Shown here piece by piece: positions 28,785-37,990 of a DNA stretch of 64,000 bases. The translations under genes were made by a program, and so were the position numbers. A model generated the notes under the pieces. That model was given only the letters and a program-made list of their open reading frames with translations, was not told the DNA's origin and searched no databases. Each line of letters opens with the position of its first letter. The stretch's first letter is position 1. Source of the DNA: Dehalococcoidia bacterium (lineage in GTDB: Bacteria; Chloroflexota; Dehalococcoidia; SM23-28-2; RBG-16-64-32); the NCBI GenBank assembly GCA_963665775.2, contig CAXXTF010000002.1, positions 1,024,001 through 1,088,000 of the forward strand, given 5' to 3'.

Positions 28785-30515
28785 CTACGGCCGAAGCACT
28801 TCGTCCAGCGCTTCTTCCACCACGGCGGGCGGCACGTCGTCCCGCAGGACGGTGCGCCCCACATCCTCCAGGAGCACCCAGCGGATCGCTCTGGCCTGGA
28901 CCTTCTTATCCAGAGCCATGGCGGCGGCGATCGCTCCGCGGTCGATGCCCTCCCCGCGGATGGGCAGGCCGAAGCGCTCCAAGAGGCGTCGCTGCCGCTC
29001 GACTACCGCCGGCGAGAGGAGGCCCAGGCGGCGACTGATGCTGGCGGCGGCGGCCATCCCGACGGCCACGGCCTCGCCATGGAGGAAACGGTCGTAGTGG
29101 GTCGCCGCCTCCAGAGCGTGGCCCAGGGTGTGGCCATAGTTGAGAACGGCGCGGCGGCCCGTCTCCTCCCGCTCGTCCTCAGCGACGACGGCGGCCTTGA
29201 TAGCGACGCTGCGACGGATCGCCTCGGTGGTGGGCTCCGGCTCCAACTCGAGGATGAGCTCGGCATTCTCCTCCAGATAGGAGAGGAGCTCGGCGTCGGC
29301 GATGAAGGCGTGCTTGATGACCTCAGCCCAGCCCGAAGCGACCTCGCGGGGGGAGAGGGTGCGCAGGGTGGCGACATCGGAGAGGACCAGGCGCGGCTGG
29401 TAGAAGGCGCCGATAAGGTTCTTGGCCTGCGGGTGGTTGACGCCGACCTTGCCGCCGATGGCCGCGTCGACCATGGCCAGGAGGCTTGTGGGCGCGTGTA
29501 CCAGCGGGAGGCCGCGGGCGAAGGTGGCGGCCACATGGCCGGCCATGTCCGTGATCACACCCCCACCCAGAGCGACGATCGTATGGCCACGCTCGGCCTT
29601 GCGCTCGACGAGCCAGTCGTAGATGGAAGCGGCGGTCTGCAGGGACTTTCTGGCCTCCCCGGCGGGCACGGTGTAGGAATCGACGGGGATGTCGGCCTGG
29701 CGCAGGGCGGCCTCGGCCTGGGGGCCGTAGCGGGCGAAGACCGTCTCATCGCTGATGAGGTAGGCCTGGCCGGTGAGGCCGGCCTCGCGCAGCCGTCGTC
29801 CCAGGTCGAGGAGGGCATCCCAGGCCACGAAGACAGGGTACGAGGCACTGGCGGCATGCACCATGCAGACGGCATCAGCCGGTGCGTAGGCCAGGCCGGT
29901 GACGGGCGCTCCGGCCAAGCCCTGTAGCCGGCCCGGGTCGGCCAGGGCCGTAGCCGAGAGGCGACGCCAGGCACGGACGACCTCCGCGGCCACCCCCTCC
30001 GGCGAGAGGCCGTCGGTGTGGACGGTGTGGTCGGCCAGGGCGTAGAACGGCTGGCGACCCTCCTTCAGCTCGCGGATGCAGCCCAGCGGGTCGGGACCGG
30101 TCAGAAGGGGGCGGCCCAGCGGCTCCTCTGCGGCCCCTTCGTTCAGGCGTTGGAGGATCGTCTCCGGCCTCGCCTCCAGGCAGACGACGAAGCCGCCCTC
30201 GGCCATCAGGCGGCGGTTCTCGGCGCGAAGCACGGCGCCGCCGCCGGTGGAGAGCACGGCGCGGGACTGACCGCAGGCTATGCGCAAGGCGTCTGCCTCC
30301 AGGCCGCGGAAGTAGGGCTCGCCGTCGCGGGCGAAGATGTCGGCGATGGATCGACCGGCGGCCTCCTGGATGAGAGCGTCGGTATCGACGACCGGCCAGC
30401 CCTGTCCTGAGCGAAGTCGAAGGGCTAGACGCCGGGCGACCAGGGGAGCGACGAGGCTCTTGCCGGTGCCCGAGAAGCCGGTGAGGACGATGCGGGTGGG
30501 ACGGCGGAGGGCCAT
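28785..30515 (-). CDS. aroKB: Bifunctional shikimate kinase / 3-dehydroquinate synthase
   Basis: N-terminal LTGFSGTGKS, GEPYFR, STGGG, RPLL. C-terminal ALGGGVITD, PTSLLAMVDAAIGGK, NYGHTLGHALE, HGEAVAVG, DKK. Confidence 0.94.
   Translation of the reverse strand: MALRRPTRIVLTGFSGTGKSLVAPLVARRLALRLRSGQGWPVVDTDALIQEAAGRSIADIFARDGEPYFRGLEADALRIACGQSRAVLSTGGGAVLRAENRRLMAEGGFVVCLEARPETILQRLNEGAAEEPLGRPLLTGPDPLGCIRELKEGRQPFYALADHTVHTDGLSPEGVAAEVVRAWRRLSATALADPGRLQGLAGAPVTGLAYAPADAVCMVHAASASYPVFVAWDALLDLGRRLREAGLTGQAYLISDETVFARYGPQAEAALRQADIPVDSYTVPAGEARKSLQTAASIYDWLVERKAERGHTIVALGGGVITDMAGHVAATFARGLPLVHAPTSLLAMVDAAIGGKVGVNHPQAKNLIGAFYQPRLVLSDVATLRTLSPREVASGWAEVIKHAFIADAELLSYLEENAELILELEPEPTTEAIRRSVAIKAAVVAEDEREETGRRAVLNYGHTLGHALEAATHYDRFLHGEAVAVGMAAAASISRRLGLLSPAVVERQRRLLERFGLPIRGEGIDRGAIAAAMALDKKVQARAIRWVLLEDVGRTVLRDDVPPAVVEEALDEVLRP
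30402..30425 (-). repeat. 24-bp palindromic-repeat unit inserted in frame in the aroK domain
   Basis: GCCCTTCGACTTCGCTCAGGACAG encodes ALRLRSGQ, splitting the conserved ARRL|GWPVVDTD. Same core as the elements in alaS and topA. Confidence 0.75.
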
Positions 30516-30519
30516 GGGC

Positions 30520-31689
30520 CTAGCCCCCTCGCGGGCCAATAGTCTTCTGGTACCCCTCGTAGTTGCGCTTCGTCTCGGCCAGTGAATCGCCGCCGAACTT
30601 CTCCAGCAGAGCGCGGGCCAGGACGATCGCCACCATCGCCTCGCCGATGACCCCGGCGGCGGGCACGACACAGACATCGGAGCGCTCGTAGTGGGCCTGT
30701 ATCTCCTCGCCGCTGTGGAGGTCGACGGAGGGCAGCGGCTTGGACAGGGTGGAGATGGGCTTCAGCGCCCCCCGCACGAGGACGGGCTCACCGTTGGTCA
30801 TACCGCCCTCCAGGCCGCCGGCGCGGTTGTCGGCCCGGCGCCAGGGGCGGTCGCCCCACTGCTGGGGCGGCAGGATCACGTCGTGGGCCTGCGAGCCGGG
30901 GCCCGCCGCGCCGGCGAAGCCGCCGCCGATCTCGACCCCTTTCACGGCGTGGATACTCATGACGGCCTGAGCCAGGTGGCCATCCAGCTTGCGGTCCCAC
31001 TGGACGTGCGAGCCCAGCCCGATGGGGACGCCGGCAGCCGACACCTCGAATACACCGCCCAGGGTGTCGCCGGCCTCGCGGGCGGCATCGATAGCCTCCA
31101 CCATGCGCTCGGAGGCCTGGGGGTCGGCGCAGCGGACGGGCGACGCCTGCACGGCGTCCCAGTCGGGCTCGCCGTCGGCGCGGGCGGCGACATCGCTGAT
31201 GCTTACGGTACGGGAGTGGACAGCGACGCCGAACTCCTCCAGGCAGCGGCGACAGACAGCGCCCACGGCCACCCGGGCGGCGGTCTCGCGGGCGGAGGCC
31301 CGCTCCAGGACGTTACGGGCATCGTCGAAGCCGTACTTCATGGCGCCCGCCAGGTCGGCGTGGCCGGGACGGAGGCGGGTGACCTTGTTCCTCTCACCCT
31401 CGTAGGGCTCGACTTGCATCACCTCGCTCCAGTCTTCCCACACCCGGTTGGCGACGAGGAGGGCGATGGGGCTGCCCAGGGTGAGGCCGTGCCGCACGCC
31501 GCTCATGATCTCGGCCCGATCCTCCTCGATCTGCTGGCGTTTGGAGCGGCCGTAGCCGCCCTGACGGCGGCGCAGGTCAGAGGCGATGAACTCCTCTGTC
31601 AGGGATAAGCCCGCGGGAATGCCCTCCACGATGGCGGTGAGGGCCTTGCCGTGTGACTCGCCGGCGGTTAGAAAGCGCAGCTCGGTCAT
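30520..31689 (-). CDS. aroC: Chorismate synthase
   Basis: LRFLTAGESHG, RRQGGYGR, RPGHADLAG, ERASARETA, GGLEGGMTNG, KPISTL, ERSDVC. Confidence 0.97.
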   Translation of the reverse strand: MTELRFLTAGESHGKALTAIVEGIPAGLSLTEEFIASDLRRRQGGYGRSKRQQIEEDRAEIMSGVRHGLTLGSPIALLVANRVWEDWSEVMQVEPYEGERNKVTRLRPGHADLAGAMKYGFDDARNVLERASARETAARVAVGAVCRRCLEEFGVAVHSRTVSISDVAARADGEPDWDAVQASPVRCADPQASERMVEAIDAAREAGDTLGGVFEVSAAGVPIGLGSHVQWDRKLDGHLAQAVMSIHAVKGVEIGGGFAGAAGPGSQAHDVILPPQQWGDRPWRRADNRAGGLEGGMTNGEPVLVRGALKPISTLSKPLPSVDLHSGEEIQAHYERSDVCVVPAAGVIGEAMVAIVLARALLEKFGGDSLAETKRNYEGYQKTIGPRGG

Positions 31690-32327
31690 CGGCCTAGAGC
31701 GGCCTTGTGGCCATTCCCGCTGGGTGCGACGATACCTCTGGGCTCGATGGGGAGCGGCTGGTCCGACTCGCCCAGGAGGTAGCGACCGCCAAAGGCTTCG
31801 ACGATCTCCGTGGCGGTCCACTCGTCCCACTCGACCTGCCGAGCGGCCTCGCGGGTGGCCGGGGTCGAGAGGATGCACTGCCGCTGCGTGGCGCCGTCGG
31901 GATCACGGAAGGTGGTATAGATGTCGATCTGGACCAGATCGGGCTTGAAGTGCGGCAGCTCATAGAAAATCATATCGGCAGCCCGAGCCGTGATCGCCAT
32001 GCCCCCCTGGAGGGGGTTGGCCGTCTCCACCCAGCGACCATCCAGCAACCGGTACTCGCTCTCGGCCGCGCAGGAGATACGAAGGGAGTCCGGCCCCACC
32101 TCCAGCAGCTCCATGCTCTGGATGCCGCGCCAGACTTCGGGAGGAACCTCCTTGGGTCGCCGCGACGATCGCCAAGCGCCGATGGCGTCTTCCAGAATCT
32201 GCCGGATCACCTCGACATCGCCGGCAGCGGCGGCCTTTCGCCAGGCCAAAGAGGCGCGCGTCCCCTGAATGACGACATACCCCACCACCAGGAAAATGAT
32301 GGCTATGACGATAACGCCCCACACCAT
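31686..32327 (-). CDS. Hypothetical protein with N-terminal membrane anchor
   Basis: Fills the aroE-aroC gap with tight spacing. One TM helix (WGVIVIAIIFLVVGYVVI) followed by a globular domain. Confidence 0.75.
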   Translation of the reverse strand: MVWGVIVIAIIFLVVGYVVIQGTRASLAWRKAAAAGDVEVIRQILEDAIGAWRSSRRPKEVPPEVWRGIQSMELLEVGPDSLRISCAAESEYRLLDGRWVETANPLQGGMAITARAADMIFYELPHFKPDLVQIDIYTTFRDPDGATQRQCILSTPATREAARQVEWDEWTATEIVEAFGGRYLLGESDQPLPIEPRGIVAPSGNGHKAALGR

Positions 32328-32328
32328 G

Positions 32329-33201
32329 CTACTGTCCCCCTCCCGATCCAACGGAGTCCAGGGCCTCACGCGCAGCGGCGAACATTAGGTCGAGCGGCGG
32401 CTCACGACCGGTCCATACCTGGAAGGAGGCCGCGCCCTGATATACGAGCATGGGAAGGCCACCCAGGACACGGGCACCGCGGCGGCGGGCAGCAGCCATC
32501 AGTTTCGTCTCCTGAGGACGGTAGAGCAGGTCGAAGATTAGAGCGCCCTCAGGTATGGCGTCTATAGGCACAGGCGATTCCTTCTCCTCCGGGATTCCGG
32601 CAAGGCCGACCGAGGTACAGTTTATCAGAAGCTGCCAGCCGACGCCGGAAGCCGTCCAGGAGGCATTCGTATACGGCAGAGCATCGAGCTGCGTGGGGCC
32701 GGCGATGGGCTGGATCTCCGCTACGAGGCGCTCGGCGCGGGCGAAAGTGCGGTTGATGACGGAGACGGACGCAGCGCCGACCTCGATGAGGGCGACCGCG
32801 ACGGCGCGGGCGGCGCCGCCGGCCCCTACTACCAGGGCACGGCAGCCGCTAGCCTCGAAGCCGGCGTCCTCCCTGAGGGCGCGAAGGAAGCCATCCACGT
32901 CAGTGTTGCTACCGTGGAGGCGCCCCCCTTGGTCGACGATGGTGTTCACGGCCCCCACGCGGCGGGCGACTTCGGTCAGGTCGTCAAGGTGAGGGATGAC
33001 AGCCTCCTTGTGGGGGATCGTGACGTTGGCCCCCAGGCAATCGCTCGCGCGCAGTCGTTGCATCCGCTCGGCCAAGCGATCCGGGGGCGTTTCCCAGGCC
33101 TCGTAGCGGATGTCGAGGCCCAGGTGGTCCAGGGCCGCCTGCTGGAAGAGGGGCGAGAGGGTATGCCCTAACGGGTAGCCGACGACTCCGATGTACTTCA
33201 C
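32329..33201 (-). CDS. aroE: Shikimate dehydrogenase
   Basis: GYPLGHTLSP, GANVTIPHK, GAVNTI, NTDVDGF, GAGGAARA, MLVYQGA. Confidence 0.96.
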   Translation of the reverse strand: MKYIGVVGYPLGHTLSPLFQQAALDHLGLDIRYEAWETPPDRLAERMQRLRASDCLGANVTIPHKEAVIPHLDDLTEVARRVGAVNTIVDQGGRLHGSNTDVDGFLRALREDAGFEASGCRALVVGAGGAARAVAVALIEVGAASVSVINRTFARAERLVAEIQPIAGPTQLDALPYTNASWTASGVGWQLLINCTSVGLAGIPEEKESPVPIDAIPEGALIFDLLYRPQETKLMAAARRRGARVLGGLPMLVYQGAASFQVWTGREPPLDLMFAAAREALDSVGSGGGQ

Positions 33202-34256
33202 TGGCCCAGATACCTGTTCACGTTCTCTAGATGCCCCTCGAACGTCTCGGCGAAGGCATGCGAGCCGTCCAACTTCGCCACGAAGAAGAGATATTCCGTA
33301 TCCGCCGGCCGGATAACGGCGATGATCGAGGCGAGGCCGGGACTCGCTATAGGACCCGGTGGCAAGGCTGGCACGCCGTACGTATTGTACGGCGAATCGA
33401 CCTCCAGGTCTTCCTGGGTCAGCTCACGCTTCCAGTAGCCGTATTCCGCGACGCTGTCCGGATCGGCAGCTATCGCGTACTGGACGGTGGGGTCGGCCTC
33501 CATGGGCATCCCCAGACTGAGACGGGCCAGAAACACCTGGGCGATGATGGGACGCTCCTCGTCAATCTGAGCTTCCCGCTCCACAAGGGAGGCGATGGTG
33601 AGAATCTCGTGGAAAGTGAGGCCACCCAGGGTGGCCTCCTCCCGCAACGCCGAGGGGATCTTATCATCGAATCTCTGAAGCATGCCCTCGATGAAGTCGC
33701 GGGCGGACGTGTCGCTGCGGCGGAAGGTGTACGTATCCGGAAACAGGAAGCCCTCCAGGCTCTGTCCCGGGCCGAGATCGGCAAGGAAATCGAAGTCATA
33801 CTCGCCGGCATGGGCAGCGGCCAGGAACTCCTCACGCGGGATGCCGTGCTCCGCCAGAGCGTCCGCGATCTGCTCCAGACGCCAGCCCTCGACGATCGTA
33901 ACCTCGCGGGTGGCGATGCTGCCGCGCCGCATGAGGTAGACGGCCTCCAGCGCCGGCATGCCGGACCGGAACTCGTAGTCGCCCGCCTGGAGCACCCGAT
34001 CGTAGCCGAGAAGGGCAACCAGGGCGCGGAACTGGACGTCTGATTCGATGACGCCCAGCTCTTCCAGCAGCTGGCCGATCTCCGCTGGACTCTGACCGGG
34101 CTCGATGGTCACGTCGATGGGCTGGCCGGGAGTCGCGGCGGGAACGGCTACGGGAGCATCCTCCGGGATCGTGTCCGGGCTTTCGCTGATCTGCCAGACG
34201 GCGATGGCAGTCACGAATACCACCAGGAAGCCGACAACGACAGGTAGTTGGCGCAT
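33198..34256 (-). CDS. mltG: Endolytic transglycosylase MltG (YceG)
   Basis: N-terminal TM, LQAGDY, LEGFLFPDTY, ASLVEREA, ADPTVQY, SPYNTY..LPPGPIASPG, YLFFVA. Confidence 0.93.
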   Translation of the reverse strand: MRQLPVVVGFLVVFVTAIAVWQISESPDTIPEDAPVAVPAATPGQPIDVTIEPGQSPAEIGQLLEELGVIESDVQFRALVALLGYDRVLQAGDYEFRSGMPALEAVYLMRRGSIATREVTIVEGWRLEQIADALAEHGIPREEFLAAAHAGEYDFDFLADLGPGQSLEGFLFPDTYTFRRSDTSARDFIEGMLQRFDDKIPSALREEATLGGLTFHEILTIASLVEREAQIDEERPIIAQVFLARLSLGMPMEADPTVQYAIAADPDSVAEYGYWKRELTQEDLEVDSPYNTYGVPALPPGPIASPGLASIIAVIRPADTEYLFFVAKLDGSHAFAETFEGHLENVNRYLGQ

Positions 34257-34257
34257 G

Positions 34258-34683
34258 CTAGTCAGAGGGCCGCCGGCTATCCAGGTAGGCCTGCAGGATG
34301 ATGGCGGCCGCCGCGGCATCGCGGCTGCCGACGGGGGCTCTGCGACCTCCCCTACGGCGTCGCTTCCCCTCGGCTGGACGACGTCCGGCCTGGACGCTGG
34401 TCAAGCGCTCGTCCCAGGTGTGGACGGGAAGGGTCAGGCGATCAGCCAGGGCGTCGACCAGGGCCTGGACGCGATCGGCCTGGGGACCGACGGCGCCCGA
34501 CAGGGAGAAGGGCATGCCGACGACGAGCGCATCGGCCTGCTGCTCCTGGACGAGCCGAGCGATCGCCTCGACCGGATCGCCCGCGACCGTCATGGTGTCG
34601 ATGGGGATAGCGATGCGGGTGCGGTCGTCGGCGGCGGCGACACCGATGCGCCGTTCGCCGACATCGATGGCCAGAATGCGCAT
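34258..34683 (-). CDS. ruvX: Pre-16S rRNA nuclease / Holliday junction resolvase-like YqgF
   Basis: MRILAIDVGERRIGVA, VVGMP, WDERLTS, DAAAAAIILQAYLD. Confidence 0.93.
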   Translation of the reverse strand: MRILAIDVGERRIGVAAADDRTRIAIPIDTMTVAGDPVEAIARLVQEQQADALVVGMPFSLSGAVGPQADRVQALVDALADRLTLPVHTWDERLTSVQAGRRPAEGKRRRRGGRRAPVGSRDAAAAAIILQAYLDSRRPSD

Positions 34684-34684
34684 C

Positions 34685-37669
34685 CTACGTTCGGGCCGCC
34701 ATCTCCCGGACGATCTCCGGTACTGCCGCCAGCGCCTCGTCCAGCTTCCGGGGGTCCTTGCCGCCGCCCTGCGCCATCTCCGGCCGGCCACCGCCGCCGC
34801 CGCCGGCGATTGTGGCGACCCGCTTCAGCAGCTGGCCGGCATGCTGGCCACGCTGAGTGAGATCGGGGCTCACTATCGCCACGAACTGCGGCCGACCCTC
34901 GATGGCACTGCCCAGCACGGCCACGCCGGAGGAGATCGCCTTGCGAACGCCGTCGCCGAGGTAGCGGAGGGCGTCCAGGCTGGGGGCGTCCACCCGGGCA
35001 GCCAGAACCCGAACGTCGCCCACCTCCACGGCACCCTGAAGAAGCTGCTCGGTGGTGGGGGCCGAGGCCAGGGAGCGCTCCAGCCGCTCAATGCGCTTGC
35101 GCTGAGCGTCGATCTCGGAGAGGAGGGCCTCGACCTTGCCTGGCAGGGCGTCCCGGGGAGCGCTCAGACGGCGGGCCATCTCGTCCAGGGCGGCCTGCTG
35201 GCCACGCACGTACTCCTCGGCGCCGCGGCCGGTGAGCGCCTCGATGCGGCGCATGCCGGCGCCGATGGAGGACTCGCCGGTGATGAGACAGTAGCCGATG
35301 TCGCCGGTGTGATGGCAGTGGGTACCGCCGCACAGCTCGGCGCTGAACCTGGGGACGACGGAGTTGACCTCGACGACGCGGACCTCCTCGGCGTACTTCT
35401 CGCCGAAGAAGGCGAGGACGCCCTCGCTCATCGCCTGATCGAAGCTGGTCAGCCGGGTCTCGACCTGGAGGTTCTGGCGAATCTTGTCGTTCACCAGCCG
35501 CTGCACCTCGGCGATCTGCTCCGACGTCATCGCCTCCGTATGGGTGAAGTCGAAACGCAGGTGGTCCGGCGCGACCAGGGAGCCGGCCTGGCGGACGTGG
35601 CTGCCCAGGACGCGACGCAGAGCCGCGTGGAGAAGGTGGGTGGCGGTGTGGTTGCGCATGGTGTCGGCGCGGCGCTGGGGGTCCACCTGAGCCTTGACCG
35701 TCTGGCCGACAGCGATGCGCCCTTCGACAACGCGGCCCCGGTGGACGATGAGCCGCTCGGCGACGCGCTGGGTGTCCTCCACGGCCATGCGACCCTGCGG
35801 CCCGACGATCTCGCCCTGGTCGCCCACCTGGCCGCCGCCCTCGGGGTAGAAGGGGGTCTCGGCCAGGAGAACCTCCACCTCGGCGGGTGGCTCGGCAGAC
35901 TCGATGGCCGCTCGTGGTTCGACAGGCTCACCATGAGCGGCCTTGTCCTCCGCTCGTCCTGAGCCCGTCGAAGGGCGAGTGGCGATGATACCGAGAACCG
36001 TGGTCTCGGTTTCCAGCGTCTCGTAGCCGCAGAAGGCGTTCTCCGTATCACCTAGGGAGGCGTAGACCGCCTCGGCAGCCACAGCCCCGGCGCCTTTGGC
36101 GGCGGCGCGCGCCCTCTCCCGCTGCCGCTCCATTAGCGCATCAAAACCGGCCTCGTCCACGGTGAAGTCGCGCTCGCGGGCGATCTCTCGTGTCAGCTCA
36201 ATCGGGAACCCGTAGGTGTCGTGGAGGAGGAAGGCTTCTCGCCCGCTTAGTGTCCGGCTTGGCGAACCACCACCCCTTAGGCTGTCCTCCAATTCGGGGC
36301 GGGTTATTTCGTCAATTATCGCGTTTCGCTGTGCTTTATCAGCGTAGCCCAATATCTCATTATGTCTATTTCCGAGCGACTCAGCTAAGCCAATAGCCAT
36401 AACCTTAAACGCCATTATCTCTGTCAGTAGCTGCTCGCCAGAAGTCAACGTCCTTCGAGACTGCTGCTCTTCGCTAATGATGGCTTCGAGGATGAATTCC
36501 CTCTGCCTTTGGATTTCCGGATACGCTGCCCGCACAGACTCTACAACTTGCTCCATTACCGGCACGAGGAACGAGTTCCCTGCTTCCCATTTCTGCTTTA
36601 GCTGTTTGACATGAATGCGCCGCGCGAGTTCCTCAACAGAGAGCTCATTAACCGCCCCTTCGCCGTCAGGATGGCGCACCCGTGCCAAATCTAGTAAATG
36701 GAGCTGATAGTACATGGTTCGCCTTAGGAGCTTCCGCACAACGTAGCCTTGCTCCTCCTTGGAGGGTAAAACTGGAGTCTGTTCATCGCCTATCAAGAAT
36801 GCCAGAGCCCTACTGTGCTCCGCCACGATTCGGATCGCGCGGTCGGTGGCCTCGTCCTCCCCGTAGCGCCTGCCGGACAGCTCCTCGATGCGACCGATGA
36901 TGGGCTGGAACAGGTCCGTATCGTAGACGGACGGGAGCCTGGACTTGTCCCAGCCTTCGCTCTCGAACAGGGAGGCCACCGCCATTCGCTCCAGGCCGGC
37001 GCCGGTATCGATGTTCCGAGAGGGCAGGGGGTCGCGCTTCTCGCCGTCACAGAAGTAGGACATGAAGACCAGGTTCCAGATCTCCAGGAAGCGGTCGCAC
37101 TCCTCGTGGTCGGGCTCGCAGGCGGGGCCGCAGCCGAACTGAGGGCCGAAATCGTAGTGGAGCTCGGAGCAGGGGCCGCAGGGGCCGACGTCCCCGGAGA
37201 ACCAGTAGTTATGCTCCTCCCCATAGCGACGGATGCGCTCCTCGGGCACGCCCACCTTGCGCCAGAGATCGAACGCCTCGTCGTCGTCCAGATAGACGGC
37301 CGGCCACAGCCGATCGGGGTCCAGGCCCAGCCAACGCTTGGAAGTGACGTACTCCCAGGCCCAGGGGATCGCCTCCGCCTTGAAGTAGTCGCCCACAGAG
37401 AAGTTGCCCAGCATCTCGAAGAAGGTGAGGTGGGAGGTATCGCCCACGGAGTCGATGTCGCTGGTGCGGAAGCACTTCTGGACGGTCGTCAGGCGGGGGT
37501 GAGGGGGCTTGGCCTGGCCCAGAAAGTACGGCTTGAACTGGACCATGCCGGCGCTGGTGAAGAGCAGCGTCGGGTCGCCGGCAGGCACGAGCGGGGCGCT
37601 GGGCAGCCGCCGATGGCCCCGCTCCTGGAAGAAGCGGAGAAAGGATTCGCGGACGTCGTAGGAGTTCAA
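34685..37669 (-). CDS. alaS: Alanyl-tRNA synthetase (with insertions)
   Basis: DPTLLFTSAGMVQFK, HLTFFEMLGNFS, EIWNLVF, IDTGAGLER, HDTYGFP, TPFYPEGGGQVGD, NHTATHLLH, ELCGGTH, GGGGRPEMAQGGG. Probable TTG start at 37669. Confidence 0.97.
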   Translation of the reverse strand: MNSYDVRESFLRFFQERGHRRLPSAPLVPAGDPTLLFTSAGMVQFKPYFLGQAKPPHPRLTTVQKCFRTSDIDSVGDTSHLTFFEMLGNFSVGDYFKAEAIPWAWEYVTSKRWLGLDPDRLWPAVYLDDDEAFDLWRKVGVPEERIRRYGEEHNYWFSGDVGPCGPCSELHYDFGPQFGCGPACEPDHEECDRFLEIWNLVFMSYFCDGEKRDPLPSRNIDTGAGLERMAVASLFESEGWDKSRLPSVYDTDLFQPIIGRIEELSGRRYGEDEATDRAIRIVAEHSRALAFLIGDEQTPVLPSKEEQGYVVRKLLRRTMYYQLHLLDLARVRHPDGEGAVNELSVEELARRIHVKQLKQKWEAGNSFLVPVMEQVVESVRAAYPEIQRQREFILEAIISEEQQSRRTLTSGEQLLTEIMAFKVMAIGLAESLGNRHNEILGYADKAQRNAIIDEITRPELEDSLRGGGSPSRTLSGREAFLLHDTYGFPIELTREIARERDFTVDEAGFDALMERQRERARAAAKGAGAVAAEAVYASLGDTENAFCGYETLETETTVLGIIATRPSTGSGRAEDKAAHGEPVEPRAAIESAEPPAEVEVLLAETPFYPEGGGQVGDQGEIVGPQGRMAVEDTQRVAERLIVHRGRVVEGRIAVGQTVKAQVDPQRRADTMRNHTATHLLHAALRRVLGSHVRQAGSLVAPDHLRFDFTHTEAMTSEQIAEVQRLVNDKIRQNLQVETRLTSFDQAMSEGVLAFFGEKYAEEVRVVEVNSVVPRFSAELCGGTHCHHTGDIGYCLITGESSIGAGMRRIEALTGRGAEEYVRGQQAALDEMARRLSAPRDALPGKVEALLSEIDAQRKRIERLERSLASAPTTEQLLQGAVEVGDVRVLAARVDAPSLDALRYLGDGVRKAISSGVAVLGSAIEGRPQFVAIVSPDLTQRGQHAGQLLKRVATIAGGGGGGRPEMAQGGGKDPRKLDEALAAVPEIVREMAART
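35911..35979. repeat. 69-bp imperfect palindromic element inserted in frame in alaS
   Basis: Arms CTCGTGGTTCGACAGGCTCACCATGAGCGG and CCGCTCGTCCTGAGCCCGTCGAAGGGCGAG (23/30 complementary). Encodes roughly RPSTGSGRAEDKAAHGEPVEPR. Confidence 0.8.
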
Positions 37670-37730
37670 CTTGAGTGGATTATAGCGTGTCCGCGGGGGA
37701 TGGGACACGGCGGGCGGCGGGCGGCTCCGC

Positions 37731-37760
37731 TTGACAGGCGGGCGGCCCTACCGCTAGCAT
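37731..37760 (+). promoter_or_regulatory. Sigma70-type promoter upstream of the glmU-like gene
   Basis: TTGACA-18 nt-TAGCAT, divergent from alaS. Confidence 0.5.
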
Positions 37761-37990
37761 GTTTGAAGGAGACCGAAATAGAAGCAGGTTGACCACCTTT
37801 GGATATCAGCGACGAACCTCCCCATAGTTGGGGTTCCCACGTCCTAACGCCTCTCTCCCCACTGCTGTCAGCAGGCGCACGCTTCGCGTCTGATCTGTCG
37901 AGCCGCCCTATTCCATCCGGACTGCTGGACTAGAGCCATGATCGCAGACCAGAGGCCCCGAGGGCCTCGGGGCCTGAGCAGAGGCCAGCC

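Noticed and set aside
34298-35962. Long antisense or alternate-frame ORFs (e.g. 34298-35962 +, 28767-29927 +, 46667-47863 -, 48367-49596 -, 54207-55610 +, 58429-59454 -)
   Set aside because: These are shadow ORFs of well-supported genes, expected at high GC, with no recognisable motifs.
37761-37930. Riboswitch or leader peptide ahead of the glmU-like gene
   Set aside because: A long leader and a 12-codon TTG ORF exist, but no recognisable aptamer, terminator or well-placed RBS.
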